Source: a virus (taxonomy: Duplodnaviria; Caudoviricetes). From it: DNA of 64,000 nt. The notes under the pieces were generated by a model. The model did not search any database. It was not told the origin of the DNA and saw only the letters and a list, made by a program, of their open reading frames with translations. The position numbers and the translations under genes were made by a program. The stretch's first letter is position 1, and every line of letters starts with the position of its first letter. The stretch is taken from the IMG/VR virus record IMGVR_UViG_3300037067_001811, positions 1 to 64,000 of that record. The stretch is one strand, 5' to 3'. Below, in pieces: positions 50,277-58,451 of the stretch.

Positions 50277-52187
50277 ATGCCAAGAAGAAATAACAGCGCA
50301 ACCCCAGAGGATACCTACGAGTCTTTTGCCACAGCTGAACCATTTAAGGTTCTGGCAAAGAGATACCTCGTTAGCCCAAATACTTTACGATCTTGGTGGG
50401 TTGCAAAGTTTGGAAAGGAAGCCTTTGATGCACGAGGCAAGCGAATTCAATCTCAAGCCGCAGTGGCTTTTGGGGCCTCTCGTAAAGGAACCTCCCACAC
50501 GATAGGCTTGGTCACAGAGCCTTGTGCAAAGTGTGGAGTAGTGGTTGAATTGAACCTTCTTCAGAAGGTTCGATCAAAGCAAGTTTTATGTCCTACTTGT
50601 GCTGACTCTGAGCGTGGGGTTGATCGGTCTTGCTCGGTTTGCGGGATCGGTTGTGTAGGGGTGAAGGGCCTAGCTATGCATTTAGCTCAGGTTGAGGATC
50701 AGGCTCATACCAAGCACCTCCAAACTGAATTGAACCTTAGGTGGGAGAGTCAGGTTGAAAACAGGGACTATGTGTCATGTCTATTGTGTGGGCATAAGGC
50801 TGTAACTCTAGCTAGGCATTTACTAGCAGAGCATAAAATCACGGCTGAACAGTATAAGATGCAGTTTCCGGGCACCCTTATCCGGTCTGAGAGCTTGACA
50901 GCCTCTCGAACTAAGGCTGCAAAACACTCACATGAGGCAAGTCCACGTAGGGGACTAACTAAGACCATTCTGTGTTCAACTTGTGACAGAGAGTTTGATG
51001 TCTCTACCTTCTTCGCCTACTCAACTCATGACTCTAGGTGCCCTGAGTGCAAGCAGGCTGACCTTGATGCCGCAGATCTATCCAAGTGGAAGGGGAAGTC
51101 AGAACCAGAGGACTATGTTACTTGTCAGGTATGCGGGCATCGAGCAGAGAGTCTGACTTCTCATATTAGTAGTGAGCACCAAACCCTTGTTGGGCGTTAT
51201 GAAGCCATTCATCCTAATTTCAAACTCATAGCTCTATCTTCTAAACTTCATGGTCCTTCAGTCCTTAGGGGGCGAACCTTGTCGGATGAGGTTAGGGCCA
51301 AGATGTCAGGAAATGCCGGAAGGTGGAATCAAGGTCTGACTAAGAACACTGATGTTCGAGTCGCTAGTGCTGCTGAGGCGATGAAGGGGCGAACTCCTTG
51401 GAATGAGGGTCTTACAAAGGAGGATCATTCGAGTCTTCAGAGTACGTCAGAGAAGCTGTCGGCCCTTAAGTTAGGTGTTCCTAATGATGCTACAAGGCTA
51501 GACCTTTCCCTGATCGACTTCACTCCCTACCTTGATGAGGTAGGTGCTGTAGATCTCAAGATCATGGCGGAGGAACTGGATATTTGTGACCTAACTTTGA
51601 GAAAGTACATGAGTTCTCTTGGGCTCCGGAGTTCAACCAAGTACATTGAAGCTAGGGCGGAGCGGCAGATCATTAGGTTGGAGAAAGATGACCTACTGCC
51701 ATTTAGGTTGAAGAATGGCAAGGTAGTCGTAGCTTCAGCTATGGTTGGGCTCAAGAAAGACTACAAGGTCATAAAGCGAGAGTGCCTTCGACATGACTTG
51801 GAAACCTTTACTCACGGTATCCGTCAAACCATTTGCCTAGATGCTATATCTAAGACTCTCGGGAGTGCTACTTTTGAACAAGAGTGGAAGTCATGGAGGT
51901 TTGTGAACCCTCTCTCTGGTCATCGTTTTCGTTTTGATGGATACTTCCCCTCTCACGACTTGGTAGTAGAGTTCCATGGGTGGCAGCACTGGGTGTTCCC
52001 CTCTGTGTATATTAAGAAGGAAGAGCTGTTCTTCGCACTTCAAGAGCGTGACCGGATTAAAGAGAACCTGATTCACTCTGATCCAACCCTTCGGTACTTC
52101 CTAGTCCGAGAGGATGAGCCCTATGCGGACCTTGAGTATCTTCGTGGAAGGTTGATTGACGAAGGGATCTTAGATCCAGGCAAGTAG
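50277..52187 (+). CDS. Zn-finger-rich homing-type endonuclease (NUMOD-like repeats plus PD-(D/E)XK-like domain)
   Basis: Multiple CxxC/C2H2 motifs; two WN.GLTK; FRFDGYF...VVEFHG.QH; ATG 50277. Confidence 0.75.
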   Translation: MPRRNNSATPEDTYESFATAEPFKVLAKRYLVSPNTLRSWWVAKFGKEAFDARGKRIQSQAAVAFGASRKGTSHTIGLVTEPCAKCGVVVELNLLQKVRSKQVLCPTCADSERGVDRSCSVCGIGCVGVKGLAMHLAQVEDQAHTKHLQTELNLRWESQVENRDYVSCLLCGHKAVTLARHLLAEHKITAEQYKMQFPGTLIRSESLTASRTKAAKHSHEASPRRGLTKTILCSTCDREFDVSTFFAYSTHDSRCPECKQADLDAADLSKWKGKSEPEDYVTCQVCGHRAESLTSHISSEHQTLVGRYEAIHPNFKLIALSSKLHGPSVLRGRTLSDEVRAKMSGNAGRWNQGLTKNTDVRVASAAEAMKGRTPWNEGLTKEDHSSLQSTSEKLSALKLGVPNDATRLDLSLIDFTPYLDEVGAVDLKIMAEELDICDLTLRKYMSSLGLRSSTKYIEARAERQIIRLEKDDLLPFRLKNGKVVVASAMVGLKKDYKVIKRECLRHDLETFTHGIRQTICLDAISKTLGSATFEQEWKSWRFVNPLSGHRFRFDGYFPSHDLVVEFHGWQHWVFPSVYIKKEELFFALQERDRIKENLIHSDPTLRYFLVREDEPYADLEYLRGRLIDEGILDPGK

Positions 52188-52240
52188 CCGCTAAATCTCT
52201 TGTAGGCTCACTAGGGGTGTACGTAGTACTAGGAAGTCCC

Positions 52241-55200
52241 ATGTTGACTAAGAACACTCCTCGAGTAGCGGTAGACGAAGCTGATGACGTAGAGGTTGGG
52301 GAGTTTCAGGTAGCGGAGTATATCATCTTCCTACTTGCTCTGGATACCTACGAGCGGTACGCAGAAGAGTCTTCTGGTGTTGATGATACCGAAGATGTTC
52401 TGATTAAGAAGGGCCTTCGGATCCTTCGAATGGCAGATTCTCAGATTGATGCCTACCGGGAGTTCCTGGAGAGTCATCTGACTAAGCCTGGTCAGATAGC
52501 GATGCTCCGCAAGGCGATGAACTTGAAGGTGTTCAATCCGGCGGGTGCAGCCCGGAGGGCCTTGCACTTCAGGACTATCCTTACTCGAGGTGGGACTGCA
52601 ACGGTCAAGGGGATCTTAGCCAACCCGAAGTATGTCAGGCAAGTGAAGCAGGCCATAGCCGCTTCCATGTTGGATGATGCGGACAAGGCTCTTGATGTGT
52701 TTGCAGCTATCCCGCTGCTCAACATCCGAATGCGTGACTGGATTGATGATGCTGCAAAGCAAGCTGGGTCGGGTGAATCTGCCCCCTTACCTGTGGACAA
52801 TGCTTCTAATGAAATAGGAGCTTCTGATGAGATCACTAAGGCGGGCATCCAAGAGGTTGCAGCTGTTGGATCAGAGGCGATTCAAGACGAGCAGAACTCC
52901 CGGTCTTTGATGCTTGCTAAGGTTGAAGAAAATGCAACCAAGGCAGCTGTGAAGTCTTTGGAGATCAACAAGAAGACGGACGCCCCTCCGAAGAAGTCTG
53001 AGGTTGTAGGTATTGCTACGGCCGCCGCAGTGGCCGCCATTAGTGACCCCACCCTCTTACAGAACATCCCAGTACCTCTCCAGGGACTAGATGCAGAGCA
53101 ACGAGCAGCTGCTCTTACAGGGGGTCGAGTTCGAGTGGCTGCTGGTGCTGGTAGCGGTAAATCCACTACCTTGATAGCTCGCATTGAGTACCTCATCAAA
53201 GACTTGAAGGTCAATCCAGCTCGGATTATGGCTTGCTCTTTCAATAAGAAGGCAGCCGACGAGTTGAAGGAGAAGATTGCAGGGAAGGTTGGGAGTGACG
53301 GATCTTCAGGGGTTCAAGTGGGCACTATGCACGCCCTCTTTGCCAAGTTAATTGTTGGCACAAGGGACACCCCTGGATTCGGTAATCAAGAAGAGCAGGC
53401 AATGCTCCGACCTCCTAGGTTGATTGCTCCGCCTAAGAAGGGGTACAGGTCAATCAGTCCTGTAAGCCTTTCTCAGACTATCAGGAATATGTGGGTTGAG
53501 TGTGGGGCAGATGCAATAGCCTCTAGGTATGGGTACAGTAAAGAGTGGGTCGCAGAACCTCCGAAGGCTAAGAAAGCAGGACTTCTTCTTAATGCGTGGA
53601 GGGGTAACGATATCTCTCTAGATGAGGCCAAGAAGTCTGTAACCTCTAAGGCAGAAGCTCAAGCTGCGGTTTGGTACGACATGTACTTAGGGCTCAAGGG
53701 GGACACTCCAGGGTGGAAACCTCCTTGTTCAAGCTCCAAGCCCTACAGCAACTTCATGTTCAAGAATCGTAAGGGCAATGAGCGCCTAGGTGATCTTGAT
53801 GACATGCTCAAGATCATTCGAGACATCCTGAAGAGGGATCCGAAGGCTAAGCAAGTTATCCAAGGGATGTTTGACCACATTCTTGTTGATGAGGCTCAGG
53901 ATCTCAATACGGTTCAGCACCAAGTGTTTGGGATGCTCTCAGAACATATCCCTCAGGACTCCAAGGATAAGTCCATTTGGATGGTTGGTGATGAGAAACA
54001 AGCCATCTATCAGTTCCGAGGTGCTAAACCCGAACTCTTCCAGGGTTTAGATGAGGGTTGGACTGTTAGGAATATCCGAACCAACTATCGTTGTCAGCCT
54101 GAGATCGTGGAAGCTGCCAATAATCTCATTGACCATGATAGTGACGGGACCGTTGTAGCTTCCCAATCGGATCCACGAAAGGATAGAGGGAGAGCATCTA
54201 TCCAAGTCAACCTTCCCGAGTCCAATGTTGAGGCTGCTATCGATACCATTGGTCGATACAGTAAGGACATTGACGAGGGTGCTGCGACAGAGAACTTTGC
54301 GGTCCTAGCTCGAACTAATGCTGAGTTGAACGACTTCGAGACAGCTTGTATCATCAATGAGATCCCTTATGTTCGTAGGGGTGGTAAAGGGTTCCTTGAG
54401 GCTCCAGAGTCTCGAGCTCTACTGGGGTACATCGACCTAGCGATGGGTAATGACTACGAGAAGATGAAGGGATCTCTCGTAGCTATTCTGACAAAGCCAG
54501 ATCGTGGTCTATTCCTAGGGCATGAAGCGGTGGAAGAGGCAGTGAGTGAGGCTCTTGATACCTTAGCTCGTCGTGAGAGAGTTGATGTCAAGAGCGTTCG
54601 CCCCGATACTCTACTGGAACCTCGTTATCTGCCTATGTTGGCTGATTGCCTTAAGAGGTCACATCGTCTCAAGATCATCGATTCAGCTAAAGGTGATACT
54701 CGCAAGGGTGAGTACATATACCAAAAGAAGGTTGAGGAATTGGGGGCTAATCTTCGAGGGATAGCTCCTAGTCTTCGAGATCTCAGGGCTTACATTGAAG
54801 AGGGTCACCCGACGGAGGATCTTCTCAATCACGTACTGGACTCCATGACTTCTACAGTCGCCAGTTGGGACTTTGGCTCTAAGTCAACGGTGATGACCAC
54901 GACTACACTTCGTGAGCAGATCACCAATGACATCTCTATCTTTGCAGATGATGATGACGATGAGGAAGATGAAGAGACTAAGGAAGCCCCAGTTGAGGGG
55001 GAGGAAGGCTTGGCGCCTGCTCCAGAGAAGCCCAAGGAACCTAAGGGCTTAGGTGCAGTTCAATTCCTCTTTGAGTTATCGAAGCCTAATCAGCATGATC
55101 AGGAGAACGCAACGGATCCATCCACCTCTCAGGGTTATGTTAAGAAGCTCGCTCGCTACTCGAAGCTAGCGGACACACTTAGGATCGATCCCGACAAGTG

Positions 55201-56479
55201 GGCTAAGAAGCAACTTGAGTTCCCTGAGGGTCAACGTAAGGAGAAGCCTCCTGCTATCACTCTATCGACTGTTCACTGCTCTCCCCCTGATGAGTTGATT
55301 CTAACTACAGATGGGTGGTTTCCAATTGGGAAATTGGACCCCAATAAGCATCGATTAGCTTCTTACCAGAAGAGTTGTAATCAACTCTTCTGGGGGAAGG
55401 GTACTTCTGGGTATGGTTTCAAGATAGGGCACCGTCCGTATAATGGTACTATCCTTACTCTAATTACAGATCAGAGTAAGACAAGGGTAACCCCAGACCA
55501 TAGGGTTATTGCACAGTTCTCAGACACTTTCTTTGAGAAGTATGTTGTCTACCTTATGAGGAGGGGCAGTTGGTGGAGAGTTGGTCACTGTGTCTCGGGT
55601 CATAAGCCATACAAGTCAGGTGGGGTGTCAGGTAGATTAGGTACTGAACAAGCTGACTCAGGGTGGATTCTGAAGGTTTGTGAGACAAAAGAAGAAGCAA
55701 TACAAGCTGAAGCTGTGATTCAAGGCACCTATGGGATCTTAGGGGTAACTTTTGAGGCAGCTAAGAGTAGAACCCTGACTTCAACTCAACTTCATCAGAT
55801 ACACAATTCAGTACGGGATGTTGTGTACCCGAGGGTACTAAGGTTACTTGCGGACTTTGGTTTAGATGAGAACTCCCCACTTTACATAAGGGATAACCAA
55901 GGAGAGCCCCGTAGTACCCTTCAGGGGATGTTTGTAACCAAAGCAAGTAACTTATTGTCTGATTATATGCTTGTTCCGGCCCCTAGCGCTGACTTTATTC
56001 AGCGTAAGGGTTCAGCTGAGCAGAATAGGAAGCCCAACTTACTACCTGTTAAAGTCTCTAGGGAGCCTTACAGGGGTGAAGTATACTCGCTAGATGTACA
56101 GCCTCATCACTTCTATGTTAGCGGTGGGATTGTAGTACATAATTCCGTCAAGGGTGCTCAGTGGAAGAATGTAACTGTGGTGATGCCTAAGGGGTTGTTC
56201 CCGATGGAGCGAAAACCAAGGCCGGATGAGCCACCTCCGGATCCAATCATGGTTGCAGCTCAAATGAAGGCCGAGAGGAATCTGGCTTACGTAGCTTTGA
56301 CGAGAGCTGCTGTGAATCTGGAGATCACTTGTCCAAAGGGTATCAGTCCATTTGTGTTTGAAGCAGGATTGATGATCGGTGAGAACGTACCAAAGCCTGG
56401 TATGGACCAGCAAGAAGAGATCAAGGAGGCCTCTACTCTCTTAGGAGAGTGGGAGATGGCCTACCCGGAGGAGTTCTAA
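52241..56479 (+). CDS. uvrD: UvrD/PcrA-family SF1 helicase with N-terminal extension and intein
   Basis: AGAGSGKS, ILVDEAQD, VGDEKQAIYQFRGA, NYRC, VLARTN, STVH/SVKG, ERNLAYVALTRA. Confidence 0.92.
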   Translation: MLTKNTPRVAVDEADDVEVGEFQVAEYIIFLLALDTYERYAEESSGVDDTEDVLIKKGLRILRMADSQIDAYREFLESHLTKPGQIAMLRKAMNLKVFNPAGAARRALHFRTILTRGGTATVKGILANPKYVRQVKQAIAASMLDDADKALDVFAAIPLLNIRMRDWIDDAAKQAGSGESAPLPVDNASNEIGASDEITKAGIQEVAAVGSEAIQDEQNSRSLMLAKVEENATKAAVKSLEINKKTDAPPKKSEVVGIATAAAVAAISDPTLLQNIPVPLQGLDAEQRAAALTGGRVRVAAGAGSGKSTTLIARIEYLIKDLKVNPARIMACSFNKKAADELKEKIAGKVGSDGSSGVQVGTMHALFAKLIVGTRDTPGFGNQEEQAMLRPPRLIAPPKKGYRSISPVSLSQTIRNMWVECGADAIASRYGYSKEWVAEPPKAKKAGLLLNAWRGNDISLDEAKKSVTSKAEAQAAVWYDMYLGLKGDTPGWKPPCSSSKPYSNFMFKNRKGNERLGDLDDMLKIIRDILKRDPKAKQVIQGMFDHILVDEAQDLNTVQHQVFGMLSEHIPQDSKDKSIWMVGDEKQAIYQFRGAKPELFQGLDEGWTVRNIRTNYRCQPEIVEAANNLIDHDSDGTVVASQSDPRKDRGRASIQVNLPESNVEAAIDTIGRYSKDIDEGAATENFAVLARTNAELNDFETACIINEIPYVRRGGKGFLEAPESRALLGYIDLAMGNDYEKMKGSLVAILTKPDRGLFLGHEAVEEAVSEALDTLARRERVDVKSVRPDTLLEPRYLPMLADCLKRSHRLKIIDSAKGDTRKGEYIYQKKVEELGANLRGIAPSLRDLRAYIEEGHPTEDLLNHVLDSMTSTVASWDFGSKSTVMTTTTLREQITNDISIFADDDDDEEDEETKEAPVEGEEGLAPAPEKPKEPKGLGAVQFLFELSKPNQHDQENATDPSTSQGYVKKLARYSKLADTLRIDPDKWAKKQLEFPEGQRKEKPPAITLSTVHCSPPDELILTTDGWFPIGKLDPNKHRLASYQKSCNQLFWGKGTSGYGFKIGHRPYNGTILTLITDQSKTRVTPDHRVIAQFSDTFFEKYVVYLMRRGSWWRVGHCVSGHKPYKSGGVSGRLGTEQADSGWILKVCETKEEAIQAEAVIQGTYGILGVTFEAAKSRTLTSTQLHQIHNSVRDVVYPRVLRLLADFGLDENSPLYIRDNQGEPRSTLQGMFVTKASNLLSDYMLVPAPSADFIQRKGSAEQNRKPNLLPVKVSREPYRGEVYSLDVQPHHFYVSGGIVVHNSVKGAQWKNVTVVMPKGLFPMERKPRPDEPPPDPIMVAAQMKAERNLAYVALTRAAVNLEITCPKGISPFVFEAGLMIGENVPKPGMDQQEEIKEASTLLGEWEMAYPEEF
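55277..56143 (+). mobile_element. Intein (289 aa) in helicase motif V
   Basis: CSPPDE.ILT.DGW.PI; VTPDH; VYSLDV...HFYVSGGIVVHN, +1 Ser; splicing restores STVHSVKG. Confidence 0.93.
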
Positions 56480-56482
56480 GTC

Positions 56483-57391
56483 ATGGCCGCTACCTATACT
56501 GAGGTGACTCTACCTGAAATGGAGACCTTCCTCAAGAGAGGGTTCCGAGCTCTTCGCCCCAAGCAAGGGTTATACAAAGGGGAGATCTGCTTTGATCTCT
56601 TAGTGAGCCCTACTGTTAGCATCAAAGTACTCACCTCTATTAGACGAAGTGGGGCCCCTACTGGGGTTGGAGAGGATGCCATCAGGGTAATGTTCTGGGG
56701 GGTTAAGGTCGATCGGACGTTAGTTGCTGGGAAAGCACCTATTGTGAAGCGGACTCAGAACTGGAGGAACTCCCTTCAGGACAAGATTGAAGACTACCTT
56801 GAGCTCTATGAGGAGAAGTCTGAGTACTGGGATGTTCGAGGTGCTCAAGAGCCCGGTTCTAAGGGCCCCCCTTGCACCGAAAAACAGGTTAACTTCATCC
56901 TAGGGATGGCTTCTCGAGCTTCAGAAGATCTCTGGGAGAGCACTGAGCTCTCATGGCCCCCGGATAGGGAAGAGGTTGCAAGACTAACCTCTAAGGAAGC
57001 CAGTAAGGTCATTGAGGTCCTACTGGCAGCAGGGTTAGGACGCAGGTACGCTACTGTGGCAATAACTGAGCTCCCAAGCTTCGAAGTAGCGACTGCTAGT
57101 ACAATAGATGAGCTAGCTAGTCAGTTGGAGAATGATCTTCGAGGGAACAAGGATGCTCATGATATAGTGGTCGGGAGGGAAGAGGCCTTATACCGAGCTC
57201 ACGTTCAAGCAGTCCTCAAGTACGGTTGTGAGGGTGGTTGTGAGGGTGGTTGTGAGGGTGGTTGTGAGGGTGGTTGTGAGGGTGGTTGTGATAAGACCGA
57301 GAGTAAGTGTGAGGGTACTTGCGGAGGTACTTGTGATTGCAAGAAGGCAGAGGCAGAAACGTATAGCTACGACTTTACTGGGCCGGTGTAG
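56483..57391 (+). CDS. Mosaic hypothetical protein with chaperone-like segment and Cys-rich tail
   Basis: TEKQVNFI motif; ELASQLE.DLRG.KD.HD segment; CEGG repeats. Confidence 0.7.
   Translation: MAATYTEVTLPEMETFLKRGFRALRPKQGLYKGEICFDLLVSPTVSIKVLTSIRRSGAPTGVGEDAIRVMFWGVKVDRTLVAGKAPIVKRTQNWRNSLQDKIEDYLELYEEKSEYWDVRGAQEPGSKGPPCTEKQVNFILGMASRASEDLWESTELSWPPDREEVARLTSKEASKVIEVLLAAGLGRRYATVAITELPSFEVATASTIDELASQLENDLRGNKDAHDIVVGREEALYRAHVQAVLKYGCEGGCEGGCEGGCEGGCEGGCDKTESKCEGTCGGTCDCKKAEAETYSYDFTGPV
57224..57291 (+). repeat. 12-bp tandem repeat (ggttgtgagggt) x5.7
   Basis: Perfect tandem copies encoding GCEG. Confidence 0.95.
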
Positions 57392-57400
57392 TCTTCCTCG

Positions 57401-58246
57401 ATGAGTGAGCTTCAGTTTCAGGTTACCGTTGACCCTGGTCACCCTTCAGTGGTCGATAGTGCCATCTGCTTTGAGACTGGAGCCCGAGTAGACCAATTGG
57501 TGCCAGGGGTCTATGAGCACCATGGGGTGGGCTTTGACGCTAGCTCACCTGGTGCGCTGCCTAAGTTCTTTGAGGATCTGATCTGTGGTACTCCTTTCCC
57601 TCTGAACTTTGCTACGCATGGGGTTCGAGGTCCCGATACGGTTTTAGCTATCACCTTGTTCATGCATCGAGATCTCGCATTGAACCCGGCGACCCTTGGT
57701 CTCGTGTATGGAGTGGACCTAGTGCATAGGCTAGGACCTTCTATGTTATCACACTTGGACCCCACAATATCTGGGTTCTTGAGGTCTTTCAATAGGTTCT
57801 TCCCAGAGAAGCTGTCTAAGCTTGAGCGTGGGGAGCGTATTGCAACCGCGGTTCAATGGATCAGGGAGTATCTAGTTGACGGGAGAATACCAAGCCTAGG
57901 GGGGCAGCTCCCTGATGTTCGAGTGATAGACATAGGGACCAATGGGTTTGTACTTGCGGAGACGCTCAATCCCTCTGTTGAGGCTTGGGAGGTCCTATAC
58001 CGGAGAGGTTTCCTCCGAGGGTTACTCATAGGACCCGAGGTGGATGGATCACGACCTGTTTTGGCGTCACGAAAGAATGTTCGAGCATGGTCGACCCTCC
58101 CTCAGTGTATTCCGTTCTTAAATGATCTTGACTCTATTTCCGGGGGTGATCCGGAATGGCGTCAAGAAGGGGATAATCTGAGATCACCCTCTGTAGGCAC
58201 TAAGATCCTAGTATCCCACCTGTTAGAAGTGTTTTTGAGATTCTAA
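57401..58246 (+). CDS. Hypothetical protein, possibly DHH-phosphoesterase-like
   Basis: YEHHG and GPDT motifs; no SD; GGTGTA 10 nt upstream. Confidence 0.55.
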   Translation: MSELQFQVTVDPGHPSVVDSAICFETGARVDQLVPGVYEHHGVGFDASSPGALPKFFEDLICGTPFPLNFATHGVRGPDTVLAITLFMHRDLALNPATLGLVYGVDLVHRLGPSMLSHLDPTISGFLRSFNRFFPEKLSKLERGERIATAVQWIREYLVDGRIPSLGGQLPDVRVIDIGTNGFVLAETLNPSVEAWEVLYRRGFLRGLLIGPEVDGSRPVLASRKNVRAWSTLPQCIPFLNDLDSISGGDPEWRQEGDNLRSPSVGTKILVSHLLEVFLRF

Positions 58247-58252
58247 CTAGTT

Positions 58253-58423
58253 GTGAACTCACTGTTGGTACGCACCCTCCCTGTTGACACCCTAGTAGAC
58301 TTGGAAGACCCTGATATCCCTCGGTCACCTCCAATGCCTAACTTCCAACGGGAGAGGGATACCATCCCCTGTCCACCACCTTCTCATGTGGAGGGGTACC
58401 TGGAAGAGGATTCGCTATCGTGA
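58253..58423 (+). CDS. Small Pro-rich acidic peptide (56 aa)
   Basis: Fills the intergenic gap: MNSLLVRTLPVDTLVDLEDP...RDTIPCPPP. Confidence 0.35.
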   Translation: MNSLLVRTLPVDTLVDLEDPDIPRSPPMPNFQRERDTIPCPPPSHVEGYLEEDSLS

Positions 58424-58451
58424 ATCTTGTTGTAGGCCTTCTTCTTAGTAG

